A stretch of 62,071 nucleotides of DNA, filler included. It is 17 parts of 17 records of this genome, joined end to end, with 100 filler letters (N's around TTAATTAATTAA, not from the genome) between each part and the next. Parts side by side here need not be neighbours in the genome. Positions count along the whole stretch, not along the records: positions 23,883 to 28,908 come from SRR15195285_22334; positions 29,009 to 32,105 come from SRR15195285_22473; positions 32,206 to 36,576 come from SRR15195285_22712; 14 more parts are not named here. The stretch is one strand, 5' to 3'. How positions within the stretch are numbered: the first letter of the stretch is position 1; the number at the start of each line of letters is the position of its first letter. Shown piece by piece: positions 24,337 to 35,296 of this stretch. The position numbers and the translations under genes were made by a program. The notes beneath the pieces are model-generated. The model saw only the letters and a program-made list of their open reading frames with translations, had not been told where the DNA came from and ran no database searches.

Positions 24337-27300
24337 ATGCCAAAATGGGCAGGGGACGCGCAAGCGGGCGAGTACGAACCGCTGACCAGGGACGTGAAAG
24401 CTGACGGGGACGAGGGTGGAGGGGCGACGGTGACGAGGCGGAAGCATGCAGAGCTTGTCGGGCACGAGGGGGGAGACGTGCAAGCAGTAGCGTGCACCGA
24501 GAAGTACATGATCACCGCGGATGCAAAGAACGGGCATCTTTACATTTGGGATGCACAGAATTGCCAAGAAAAGCTCTTTGAAATCAAACGCGTAGAGCAG
24601 AAGCGGATCTACGGCATTGCAGTTTCGCCAAACAAACGCCTAGTTGCCGCGGCGAGCTACGATAACAACTCTGCCTTCGTCTACGACATCGAGAGCGGCG
24701 AGTGCGTGCAAAGGATTTTGGGCGCGTGGGCTGACAAAGAGGACAGCGAAAAACTTGGCAGCGAGCATGCAGGTGGGCACTCAGGTGGAGTTTGGGACGT
24801 CGCGTTTACTCATGATGGAAAGGGCTTGGTGACAGGTGGCGGAGACTTCACTGCTCGGATCTGGGAGTTCGATGTCCCTGACTCGAAGCGGGCAATCTGC
24901 AGGCACGTTCTTACGGGCCATACCTATCACGTGCGGAGCGTTGCATGCTCGCCTCACGAAGCTGGACCGCAATGTGTCGTGGCAACGGCCAGCTGGGACG
25001 GCACCGTGCGCACCTGGGAGGCTAATACCGGTGAGCTGCTCCATGTATACCGCGAACACGGCACGGAGCGCGTCAATTCGGTTGTGTACTCGCCGTGCGG
25101 TAGCACGTTTGCCACAGCTTGCGACAGCGGTACGGCTATCATCTTTGAGGTCCCCAGCGATAGCAGCCAGAAAGCCCGAGCTGTGGGCTACGTAGGCCTC
25201 CAGATGAGCGAGGAGGGTGCCGAAAACGATGACCAGCGGGCGAGCCGAAAAGGGGAGGCCAGCAAAATTCAGGCCGTGGCGTACAGCCCGGACGGCCGGA
25301 GCGTGGCGACAGCGTGCGACAAGTACGGCGTACGCATCTGGGACCTCTCCGTCGGTGAGGTCGTGCATCAGCTAGGTAGCCCGACCGGAAGCCAAACCAA
25401 AGCCGTCGCGTTTGCACGGGATGGAGAGCGGGTGCTGACAGGTGGCAACTCAAAGGTAGCCCGAGTTTGGGACACGTTTTCACACGGCGTCTTCAGCTGC
25501 CGCTACGATGGGCATACGAATGTTGCGACCTCCATTGCCATTGCTCCTGATTTTGGGTCATTTGTGAGCACTGGCTTTGACCAATCTGTGCGGCACTGGA
25601 AGGTAGGAGAAAAAGAGGGGCAAGGTAAACAAATTGGGGAATGTCCAGCTCTCATTACATGCTGTGGCTACCATCGCGGTGCACGCTACGTTGTCAGTGG
25701 TCGATATGCCCAAGACAAAACCGGTGCAATTGACATATGGGATATGCAAAATGCTGAAACTGCAGACCCAGCCCACACCATCACAGGAATCAGCAAAGTG
25801 CAAGACATCGATTTCTCGCCGGACGGAAAGAGCTTTCTGGTCGCCTTCGAGAACCATACAGCCACTATCTACGACTTCGACGCAAAAGCTAGCGATGTGA
25901 AGACATCTTGCAAACTGCGCGTCACTCTCGGACGGGCGGACAACAAAGACCCGACGTGTGGTCACACGGCAATTGTGTCCTGCGGTGCGTATTCGTCGGA
26001 TGGCAACAGGGTAGTGACTGGGAGTTGGGATAAGCGCCTGATCGTGTGGGACGGTACAAACGGCGATCTACTTTGCACGCTGGCAGGTGACCCCAATGGT
26101 GTGCACGGCCACGGCTGGTGGGTCAAAGATGTTGCATTTGACGATGCGAGTGGCGAGAGCACTCAACCTACCTTAATCATCTCGGCTGGCTCTGACAACA
26201 CCGCCAGGGTATGGCAATGTGGTGCGCCCCCGGACCAAGTAGCTGGCACGGGAGGTGTGGGAGGTACTGAGCAAGCGAGCGAACAAAGCGACCAGCGCGA
26301 GCCGTGGCACCTCGCACTGACTCTGGGAGTTAGTCGCAATACGGACCCCACCAAGGGGCACATTACTGAAGTTTGGGCTGCTCGGTTCCTGCCAGATCGC
26401 GACGACGGGTCGAAGCGAGCAATCACAGGTAGTCAGGGTGGCCAGGTAATCGTATGGAATCTAGATGAGCATCTTGACGAAGAGCGATTGGAGCGCAGCA
26501 TCTGGCTATCAGGTCCGGCAAGTTGCATTGAGCTGCTGCAACACGACAGAGTGCTCACCACGTCTGGAGATACCGTGTTCCAGCTCGATCTGTCCGCACC
26601 AAAGGCTGATACTATGTCGGGTGAGGACTTGCTGCATTTTGCGATCATGCCTGATCTGAAGGAGGGCAAGTCTACCCGGTCTACGCGTGTGTACGATCTG
26701 TACAAAAGCTCGCCAAAGCACGGTCAAGACCTTACAGGCTGCATGCTGCAGCCTATCGGCGTTTACGGTGAGACAGCACTCCACATGGCTGTAGAGCAAG
26801 GCAATCGGGACTTAGCCGTAGTCCTTTGTGGTGCGAAAGGAGGTACTGTTGCTTCCGTCGTTCGGTTGGACGCTTGTGGGCGAACGGCCTGGTCCATTGA
26901 TCTGCACAAGTATGAGCACACGAGGGCAGACATAGACGCCATGAGCGAAGATGCAGTGCAGAACGAATTGCGCACATTTGGGTTCGAGAAGGAGCTCAAG
27001 AAGCTCGAGGAGGACTTGGCAGCAGAACAAAAGAAAGGCAATCGCAGTGAGGAAATTAGTAAGTGTTTGAGAAACGCCAAGAGATTGATATGCGCCCAGG
27101 AAGACTATCCAGAGCATGCGAGGCAGATGGGATACTGCAAGAGCCTTGGTGCAATCCAGTCTGGTGTTTTCTACGGCCTGCCCGTTGCTTGGAATGCGAG
27201 AAAGGCCCAACATGCAATCGAACAGATTCAAGGGAAAATGAGGGACCAGGGAATTTCGGGGAACGAGGTAGTAGGCGAGGAATCGCCGGAATTAGGGACC

Positions 27301-28638
27301 TTTCCTGACTTCCTGACTGTCCACCCCTACCAGAAACCAATGCAATTTCTAGAGTGCATGCTCGAACATGTCGACAAAGCTTCTGCACAAGATAGATCAC
27401 AAATTTTCGGCTCGCTTATGGCACATGCGCTTGTTGGCAAGGCGTGGGAACAGTACGGAAGCCGACACTTTAGGGTTGAACTCTTTCTGTATCTAGTTGT
27501 TGCGATCTGTCTTTCAGCGGGAAACTACCTTCGCATCAACCAGTGTGACGACGCTAACTCAAATCACGAAAAATTGAGCCCCATGTCGTGGTCGGATTTG
27601 CACGATGGTCGACTTATCGCAGTTGAAGGCCTGAGTATCGTTGCAGTGCTGGGCTTGCTACGGCTCCTCTATCTTGAGCTGACGCAGTGTGTCAAGGACG
27701 GAACAAAATACCTGAAGCATTTTTGGAACGTTTACCAGCTGTTGTCATACGTCCTTGCACTTCTCTCAGTCGGAGCTTACAGTTCGCAAGATTGTGAATC
27801 TTCTCGTTCTTTGTACGCCCGTCATGTTCACGCCTTTGGCGTTGGTCTGATATGGTTTGGCATGCTGTTCTATCTACGAGGATTCAAATCAACGCAGGCT
27901 GCAGTGCCTATGATCAACAGGATCATTATCGACGTCTTTCCGTACATCCTACTGCTGGTGGTGATTTTGATAGGGTGTTCGTTCATGTTCATGAACCTGC
28001 AAGACAGATCTGATCCGGACAATGTACAGGCCCAGCTTTATGTCAACCCTATCCTTGCCCTGCTTAATTCTTTCTACATGATGTTCTCGCTGACGGACGT
28101 TCCCGACTTTTCGTCGCACATGACGATTGCTGTGTTCGTCGTGTTCATGATGATTGTGCAACTGGTGCTGCTCAACATGCTGATCGCGATAATGGGAGAC
28201 TCCGTTGACTTCATCCAGGAGATAGAGGCTGCCATTGGCAACGAGGAGCAAGCAGAGCTACTGCTAGAATTTCACGACAACATGCACGATTTTGGCAAGG
28301 CTGTGAAAGTCCGTTGGGCCTGGCTAGATACTGTAGTACGGGTCTTCTCACGCAGGGAAGCTGGCACGACAGGACTATTTTCATCACGGAGCTTATGTCT
28401 CGCACCTGGTTCTATGCGAACAGGCGAAGAGTGGAATGGGCATGTCGATGCAATCAAGTCTGAAATCAGTGAGGCTGTGGGAAAGGTCGAAACTGGCCTT
28501 CACCAACGCATCCATGCACTGGAGGACAAGCTCGACTCAAGTCTCAAGGAGATTCTTGACCGACTGGGTGACCTGGGTGACCCACCAGCAAGAGGCAGTA
28601 CACTATCAGGAGGCATTACTCCAAGGAGGAACTTGTAA
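24337..28638 (+). CDS. WD40 repeat + ankyrin + TRP-like 6TM ion channel with C-terminal coiled coil, ~1433 aa, intronless
   Basis: More than 10 GH...WD repeats. Ankyrin YGETALHMAVEQGN. Channel region LYLELTQ...YLKHFWNVYQ...LFYLRGF...IIIDVFPY...VLLNMLIAIMGDS. Confidence 0.85.
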   Translation: MPKWAGDAQAGEYEPLTRDVKADGDEGGGATVTRRKHAELVGHEGGDVQAVACTEKYMITADAKNGHLYIWDAQNCQEKLFEIKRVEQKRIYGIAVSPNKRLVAAASYDNNSAFVYDIESGECVQRILGAWADKEDSEKLGSEHAGGHSGGVWDVAFTHDGKGLVTGGGDFTARIWEFDVPDSKRAICRHVLTGHTYHVRSVACSPHEAGPQCVVATASWDGTVRTWEANTGELLHVYREHGTERVNSVVYSPCGSTFATACDSGTAIIFEVPSDSSQKARAVGYVGLQMSEEGAENDDQRASRKGEASKIQAVAYSPDGRSVATACDKYGVRIWDLSVGEVVHQLGSPTGSQTKAVAFARDGERVLTGGNSKVARVWDTFSHGVFSCRYDGHTNVATSIAIAPDFGSFVSTGFDQSVRHWKVGEKEGQGKQIGECPALITCCGYHRGARYVVSGRYAQDKTGAIDIWDMQNAETADPAHTITGISKVQDIDFSPDGKSFLVAFENHTATIYDFDAKASDVKTSCKLRVTLGRADNKDPTCGHTAIVSCGAYSSDGNRVVTGSWDKRLIVWDGTNGDLLCTLAGDPNGVHGHGWWVKDVAFDDASGESTQPTLIISAGSDNTARVWQCGAPPDQVAGTGGVGGTEQASEQSDQREPWHLALTLGVSRNTDPTKGHITEVWAARFLPDRDDGSKRAITGSQGGQVIVWNLDEHLDEERLERSIWLSGPASCIELLQHDRVLTTSGDTVFQLDLSAPKADTMSGEDLLHFAIMPDLKEGKSTRSTRVYDLYKSSPKHGQDLTGCMLQPIGVYGETALHMAVEQGNRDLAVVLCGAKGGTVASVVRLDACGRTAWSIDLHKYEHTRADIDAMSEDAVQNELRTFGFEKELKKLEEDLAAEQKKGNRSEEISKCLRNAKRLICAQEDYPEHARQMGYCKSLGAIQSGVFYGLPVAWNARKAQHAIEQIQGKMRDQGISGNEVVGEESPELGTFPDFLTVHPYQKPMQFLECMLEHVDKASAQDRSQIFGSLMAHALVGKAWEQYGSRHFRVELFLYLVVAICLSAGNYLRINQCDDANSNHEKLSPMSWSDLHDGRLIAVEGLSIVAVLGLLRLLYLELTQCVKDGTKYLKHFWNVYQLLSYVLALLSVGAYSSQDCESSRSLYARHVHAFGVGLIWFGMLFYLRGFKSTQAAVPMINRIIIDVFPYILLLVVILIGCSFMFMNLQDRSDPDNVQAQLYVNPILALLNSFYMMFSLTDVPDFSSHMTIAVFVVFMMIVQLVLLNMLIAIMGDSVDFIQEIEAAIGNEEQAELLLEFHDNMHDFGKAVKVRWAWLDTVVRVFSRREAGTTGLFSSRSLCLAPGSMRTGEEWNGHVDAIKSEISEAVGKVETGLHQRIHALEDKLDSSLKEILDRLGDLGDPPARGSTLSGGITPRRNL

Positions 28639-29492
28639 CTAGCCAGGCGCACGAGAGCTAGGTTTTCGACCATTGCAATGTGATGAAGTGGTGGCTGCAC
28701 TGTCTGGTGGTATGGGCATGGCACAGTGGTGGGTTGAGCATTAACCACATGTCTTCTGTATTGCATTGTCTCCACGAGCACTAGCACGAGTACACAGCGA
28801 TGGGCCACCGATGATCCGACAAAACAAAGCCACCGATCGTTGGATCGACGATCCCGACCACTAGTGGCCTCATCCCCATCCCTTTGTAGCCATTGTAATC
28901 TACACCGANNNNNNNNNNNNNNNNNNNNNNNNNNNNNNNNNNNNNNNNNNNNTTAATTAATTAANNNNNNNNNNNNNNNNNNNNNNNNNNNNNNNNNNNN
29001 NNNNNNNNATTGCTGCTAATGGACCACGGTCACGATAGAGATAGGGATAGCGGAGTATGTGTTGCTTGCACGCATCAAGCGGTCGAGTAAGTTTTGTACC
29101 ACCTGGTTGAACGAGTCGCATTGGAATTCGAACTGACCATGCATGAAATCGAAGAGAGCCTACTGAATTCGGAATTTTTCATGCGCTATCACAGGCAGGC
29201 GCATCTGCACAACAGCTTGAGGTCCGGAGAGTCGCATGGCTTCTAGGCAACCAACCAATCTATTGGATAGTTGTCTAGTTTCAACTGTACTCTATAACGT
29301 TGCACTACGACGTTCGCATCCTTGCTTACTCAAGAGCTAGACACTGTTTAGCGCGTTGCTTGGTGAGCTATCAGAGGGCACCTACGAATCCGGGGGAAAT
29401 TCACATTCTCAGTTGGGTCAACTTGGGCGCGGTAGCCACACGCAGGTAAGCTCTTCCACTCCATTGCGGAATAAGCAAGCATTGCTTACTAG

Positions 29493-31655
29493 CTAGCCGG
29501 GGTACCACACAATACGCGGGTCGCTCTCGGTCCGTTCATAGTCGAAAGCGGCATCGATCAACGCCGGAAGATCATATTGTGGGCGCCAACCTGAGCAGAC
29601 ATTGTACAATCGCGACATGCGACGTGGTAAGGAGCGCGAAACTATTCAATAAGATATCAGATAGGATGTACCACCAGTCTGCATGTCGCGGGTGTGTCAT
29701 GCCATCAAGCTGTTTCGCACCAAGTGCGAACTTTGCCTTCGAGTTGTCAAGCCAGGTGGACTGGAACTCGGTCTGGCACTCTACTGACTGCAAACCCCGG
29801 GATTGTGCCAGATACTCCGCGACCTCGCCCTGCAAAACACCAACCCAAGGCAAAATCATTGCAAAATGTGCTCAAAATTCACGCAGCTCATCCTGTTCGT
29901 CAACTCTCGGCGGTGTTGTGGACACAGCACTCTATGACCTAAAGGGTGGGGTCTGAACGATACGCACATAGTCAACCGGCTCGTCCATGCACACATTGAA
30001 CTTCTGCTGCTTGGCAGCTGGGTTGTCGAGAGCCGCTAGCATGCAGGACACTAGGTCATTGACATGTACAAAGTTGCGTTTCAACGGGTTGCCCTGAGTC
30101 AATTGCAAGAACGACCACGTTAGCCCTGAAGTCTCGCCAGGCGATAACTAAGCTGAAACGTGCCAACGATCGGCCAGTGGTAGTGCATATGTACATCAGC
30201 ATCCATTGCCAGCGGAATGGTTGATCCCGCCCCAGCGGCTGCAATGCTTGCACCCGTTTCATCGTCCACGTAGTCGCTCCACGGTGGTCCTGAAACAAAT
30301 GTCATATCAGGCTAGTCGGTCTTAACACAGCTGTGGTCACCGCTTTGGATGCATTGCGTCAATGTGCCCACACCAGTCTCAGCGGTGTGTGAGAGGAATG
30401 GAGCTAAGCTGCATAGATATGGTAGCACACCACCGAAAAGATCATCCCCAAAGGACATTGTGTACTTGAAATCATCTTTCTCCATGATCCACGGAGCCAT
30501 GAGGCAGCAGCCCTGACACACGCGCGCATGCAGTTAGTCTTGTCGGACTCCAACGGCAAGTCTACACACCAACTGCTCAGGACGTGCATTGAACTTGACA
30601 CATACGTTCAAACCGTACTGGATATAGTACTGTTCGAGCATGCACTCCTCCAATACCTTAGATAGTGCATAGCAGCCGGGATAGGCCGACCATTTCTGCT
30701 CTTCCGTGACTGGAGTTGGGTGCTGTGTGCTCGCAGGCGCAGACGAATGGACACAAGGTGAGTTTAGGGCATCCGTGGCAAATTGAGCACACACGAAGGG
30801 CAACGCACCTTGTAGAAGAAGTGACCCATCCCAGCATCGCCGCCAATCAACATGAACTGCTTGAACTGCAGTTCTCGCACCAAGCCGTCCGATCTCTTTA
30901 GCACGCACTTGATCAAACTTTGAGGTGCAAGTGGTCTGGTGGCAAATATGGAACCCTACCGTCGGGGACTCGCGTGCCACCTCAAGCAGCTGAAAAAGTC
31001 CTTTGACAGTGACATCCATCACGAGGTCGGGGGTTTCTTTCACCGTGGCCAGATGCACTACATGGGTCTGTTCAGTAGCCAACACGTCATGCGCTCCGGA
31101 AGTGAGAAGAGGCACGATCAAGGCTCAAACACGCGAAGGCGTGAGTCTTACGGCACCATCCAATGCAACTTCGCACACTTCGCGGTCGCCTGAAGACGGC
31201 TCATAGTATTAAACGTAACGCTGGCTCGAGCTGCGTAGGGAAGTGCTCTGCTACTCAGTGCGCATCTTGCTGCAGCGTTGCGCACCGATGGAGCCTTTTA
31301 CAACCTGCACCCTGTCGCTCTCTGGGACTATGCGGTTGTTGCACAGCGCGCGGATGGTGCCAGCCGGATGGGTACGCGCATACTCGGCGAGGAAGACGGT
31401 GCCGACCTTCCCAGTAGCTCCAGTGACGAGGACCACCTGACCCGCCCCGCCATCCCCAGCGCTGGTTGCCGGGGGGCAAGTGAGTCAATTTCTAGTGGAA
31501 ATTCCGTACTAATGCAGATTGGTGACTTACTTCCCCGCCGCCGCGGTGGAGCTCAAATCACAGCTGCTGATGGCGAGTGGCTGCAGGTGACGTTGCAGCG
31601 CGCAAAGCCTGCTGGTGGCTCCGCTGGCGGTCTGCCCGAGGCGGCTCCCACACAT
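29493..31655 (-). CDS. NAD-dependent epimerase/dehydratase (extended SDR) with N-terminal PTS2, 10 introns
   Basis: VLVTGATGKVG, HVVHLA, YALSK, RNFVHVNDL and C-terminal IVWYPG. Introns 31462-31530, 31190-31285, 31068-31151, 30866-30959, 30723-30808, 30513-30605, 30290-30430, 30094-30194, 29830-29967 and 29591-29720 give one continuous frame. Confidence 0.85.
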
Positions 31656-32541
31656 CAACATATGAACGATGCAGCTATATGTATACTAGTACTTTTATCC
31701 GTATGTACCCACGTAGAGCAGCTGCTACCCGCGGTGTTTGTGCGCACTGCTCTGTACTAGCGTGTGTACCGCCAGGAAAATGGAGCGTAAGCCGTAAGCC
31801 GTAAGGCAGCCTGGCGGGGCTCCAGACCGTATTATGTGATCGGATACGCGGGTGCATCCGATCGCACCGGCGGAAAGCCGGAGTTAGATCCAGTCTGACT
31901 CTGATCCACATCCAGCGCGCAGTGCCCAGAATGCATTGTGCGCACCCTCGCTCGCGCGCGCCGCCGTCGGCGTGGGCCTCGCGCGGGCGCTTGCGCTCGC
32001 ATCGCGCTAATACTGGACGCTGCGACGGATGTGCTGCGCGCTTCGTCGCGAGTGCGACGGACATTAAAGCGATATACGTCCCCCCCCCCCCCCCCCCCCC
32101 CCCCCNNNNNNNNNNNNNNNNNNNNNNNNNNNNNNNNNNNNNNNNNNNNTTAATTAATTAANNNNNNNNNNNNNNNNNNNNNNNNNNNNNNNNNNNNNNN
32201 NNNNNTTCATGCAATCGGTCACATAGGTGGAGGCGTAACAGTCTCCACTTTTCAAATTCGACAAATGTAATGTGCGAGGTCGCGTGCGCCTGCGCGTGCC
32301 GCGCACGCCCACGCCGGATGCCAACGGCCGAGTCATGAAGAGCGTTGACAGTCAACGACGGCGAAGTTGCGTTGACTGAGGCGGTACAGCTGCAGTGGCT
32401 GCTGCTGGTGATCCTGGTGTCCAGGGCCGGCGTGCGGTGAGTTGTGCACCTCCCCACCACTCTAGGCGCGTCGTGTGTGTGTCGCGCGCGCGTGTGTGTA
32501 ATTCCCTGGGTTGCTTGTATTGACAGGAGCGAGGCGGTGCC

Positions 32542-35142
32542 ATGGCTCGCGTCGGAGCCTCGGCGGTGCTGCTGCCTGCGCTGCTGCCTGCGCTGGCTGT
32601 GCCCAGTGCTCGCGGGGCCCCGGGCGCGCCGCCGGGAGCGCCGCCTGCGGTTCTGACGGGTGCCATTCGATGGGACGCATGGTTCGGCGCACCCACCGCA
32701 GCGCACGAAGGGCTTATCGGCCGAGCGACGACGAAGGCCCTGGAGCCGGCCAAGTACCACTACCGCCTGCCCTTCTTCGCGAAAATCGAAGCCAACGGCA
32801 GCGTCGTGGTCAACGGTGACAGCGCCACCGTGATGGCCCAAGAGAACAAATTCGCGACCGATCATGGGATAGATTACTACGCCTTTTGCACGTACCCGAT
32901 CGGCTGCGCCGACTACAACCCGCCAGATAGCGCCTGTGCCGGCGCCCAGTGCTGTGCGGACAACTACAAGCTATCGTACGCGTTGGAGCGCTATCTCGCC
33001 TCGCCAGAGCCGAAGCCGCAGTTCTCACTCATCCTGCAGGCCCACAGCTGGTACCCTGGCGTCAACTCTGGTAGCAACGAGACGCTCGCACAGGAGGCAG
33101 AGCGCTACTCCAGCTACTTCGCCCTGCCGTCGTACCAGAAAGTTGCGGGGAACCGCCCGCTCGTCTTTTTGCTTGGCGGGTCGGACGCGGTACCACATCT
33201 GACAGAGGCACTAGACCTGCTGCGGCAGCGCTCGAAGAGGGCTGGAATCGGCGAGCCCTTCTTCTTTATGATGCAGAATGCACCAACCGCGGCGGCACTG
33301 CGGCAGCTGGTGAACAACTCCGCCGCACTTGGTGCGAGCGGACTGTCGCAGTACAATCTGGTCGGCAACCGCACGTCCGCTGGGTTTCCGTACGCGGAGA
33401 ACATGCGCTTTGAACAAGGCTGGTGGCGTGACGCTGCGGCGACAGGGATGAGTGTTGTCGTGCCAGTCTCGGCTGGCTGGGACAGCCGACCACGGCAGGA
33501 GACTGTCATGCCGTGGGGGGATGCTGGAAACAAGCGGTGTCTCCATCAGCTTGGACACGAGTGCTGGATGGAGGACCCGTCGATGACAGAGCTCACGCAG
33601 CAAACGAAGTCCGCGCTGGAGTTCGCGTCCAAGATGGGAGCTGTGGCGGATGATGCAGCTGTGCGTTCAGTGCTCCTCTCCGCGTGGAATGAAAATGACG
33701 AAGGCCACTGGATTGTCCCCTCGCTACAGCAAGGTCCAGCCAAACTCGAGGCTGTGGCCAAAGCAATCACAGCGCACAAGGGGCGACGGGAGAGCTACTG
33801 GAGTCAGGTTCAGTGGGGTCTCAAAACGGATGACAACCATGTCACAGGGATGGCCGAATCGCGTCCAGATGTCGGCGCCATTTACTTCGGCGACTGGGCC
33901 CCGGATCCGTGGATGGAGTTGGTGCACGGGACAAACTGGACAGAATGGCAGCTGCCAATCAACGCACAGCCGCGCTACCCAGGCCACTTCCAGCCCAACC
34001 TTCCGATTGACGCAAAGGGCTGGGGGCCGGCGCATCCGGAGTCGGATCCCGAGAATATGGCTGTCAAGATCGACGCAGCCGCAGATCACTCAATCGATTT
34101 CTTTATGTTTGACTGGTACTGGTACGCAGAAACTGGAAACCCGGCGCCAGCAAAACTTTCAGGTCGACAAGCTCCTGTGTTTCCGAAGAGCGACCAGGGT
34201 GGTCCTTTCCTTGAGGCGGCACTCAACGCCTTTGTTGCCTCAAACAACTCCAAGCGCCTCAAATTTTGCCTGCATTTTTGTAACCAGGATTGGGTCGACG
34301 TGCACCCAGCCAAGTTCGGTTACCATGCAACTGGGCGGCCTTTCGATGCCGAAGCAGCCGGTGGCGCCACCGCGCCGCCCACAGTCAGGAATGAGCTACT
34401 GATGTTCGATGGTTGGATGACGCAGAAAGTTTACCATTCTGCCTTTGATCACATTGCACAGAAGTTCTTCACATTGGATAATTATTACACGATTCCAACG
34501 AAACAACCCGATGGAACTGTGGAAGACTGTGTCCTCTTCGCATTCTACATCCTCGCCAACATGGTCTCAAGCATGGGTCAAGAAGCGACGATCGAGAGCC
34601 TGCAGTACCTGCGCAACGCCAGCCAATCGCACGCGGGCAAGTGTGTCCACATCCAGGCCATGACTCCACAGGCTTCGCTCTACCCTGTGCTCGGACAGAT
34701 GGGCATTGACAGTCACACAGACTACTGCTGGATGAAGCTGGGAATGGCCAAGCAGTTCCCAGAGACTCCGTATGCAAACGTGCTGAGCGGTATTGTAGAT
34801 AGGTGGAACGAACGTGAGGATGAGCTGCGGAACCATTCAGTTCCGCGCTACATTCCATCTGTCTCCACTGGATGGGACTCGTCTCCGCGGACTCTGATCC
34901 ACGACCGATTCGAGCCCATCGGCTACCCGTGGGGACCGGCCTTCCACGCAGAGCCGCAGCAATTCGGGCAGGGCATGCAGTTTGCGAAAAGCTGGTCGCA
35001 GAAGCGTTGTGGTCCAGAGGGATGCCCGCCAGTTTTGATCAATGCCTGGAACGAGTGGTCGGAAGGCGCATATCTCGAACCGGACCAGCAGTATGGCTTT
35101 GCCAAGTTGCAGCAGGTCAACGCGACGTTCGCACACCTGTGA
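32542..35142 (+). CDS. Secreted protein with two tandem GH99/WbsX-like glycoside hydrolase domains
   Basis: Signal peptide MARVGASAVLLPALLPALA. Domain 1: GAIRWDAW...IDYYAF...GWDSRPR...SAWNENDEGHWIVP. Domain 2: GAIYF...WTEW...IDFFMFDWYW...GWDSSPR...NAWNEWSEGAYLEPD. Confidence 0.85.
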   Translation: MARVGASAVLLPALLPALAVPSARGAPGAPPGAPPAVLTGAIRWDAWFGAPTAAHEGLIGRATTKALEPAKYHYRLPFFAKIEANGSVVVNGDSATVMAQENKFATDHGIDYYAFCTYPIGCADYNPPDSACAGAQCCADNYKLSYALERYLASPEPKPQFSLILQAHSWYPGVNSGSNETLAQEAERYSSYFALPSYQKVAGNRPLVFLLGGSDAVPHLTEALDLLRQRSKRAGIGEPFFFMMQNAPTAAALRQLVNNSAALGASGLSQYNLVGNRTSAGFPYAENMRFEQGWWRDAAATGMSVVVPVSAGWDSRPRQETVMPWGDAGNKRCLHQLGHECWMEDPSMTELTQQTKSALEFASKMGAVADDAAVRSVLLSAWNENDEGHWIVPSLQQGPAKLEAVAKAITAHKGRRESYWSQVQWGLKTDDNHVTGMAESRPDVGAIYFGDWAPDPWMELVHGTNWTEWQLPINAQPRYPGHFQPNLPIDAKGWGPAHPESDPENMAVKIDAAADHSIDFFMFDWYWYAETGNPAPAKLSGRQAPVFPKSDQGGPFLEAALNAFVASNNSKRLKFCLHFCNQDWVDVHPAKFGYHATGRPFDAEAAGGATAPPTVRNELLMFDGWMTQKVYHSAFDHIAQKFFTLDNYYTIPTKQPDGTVEDCVLFAFYILANMVSSMGQEATIESLQYLRNASQSHAGKCVHIQAMTPQASLYPVLGQMGIDSHTDYCWMKLGMAKQFPETPYANVLSGIVDRWNEREDELRNHSVPRYIPSVSTGWDSSPRTLIHDRFEPIGYPWGPAFHAEPQQFGQGMQFAKSWSQKRCGPEGCPPVLINAWNEWSEGAYLEPDQQYGFAKLQQVNATFAHL

Positions 35143-35296
35143 AGGTCGAAAATAAAGCAGCTTTGCGCGCAAGGCCGCTAAGCTTGGTCGATCACCGCAT
35201 CCCTCCCAAGCACTCATGCAGGTGCAAGGGTTGAGCTGGGGCAAAGAGGAGACGAAAGTCCTTGCATTCAGTTCTTTCGCATCACCAAAACCGCGA

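Noticed and set aside
29009-29490. Possible short exons of another gene at the contig start
   Set aside because: No recognisable protein or convincing spliced frame could be assembled.
35131-35142. C-terminal AHL of the GH99 protein as a PTS1
   Set aside because: The protein has an N-terminal signal peptide, so a weak PTS1 variant is likely coincidental.
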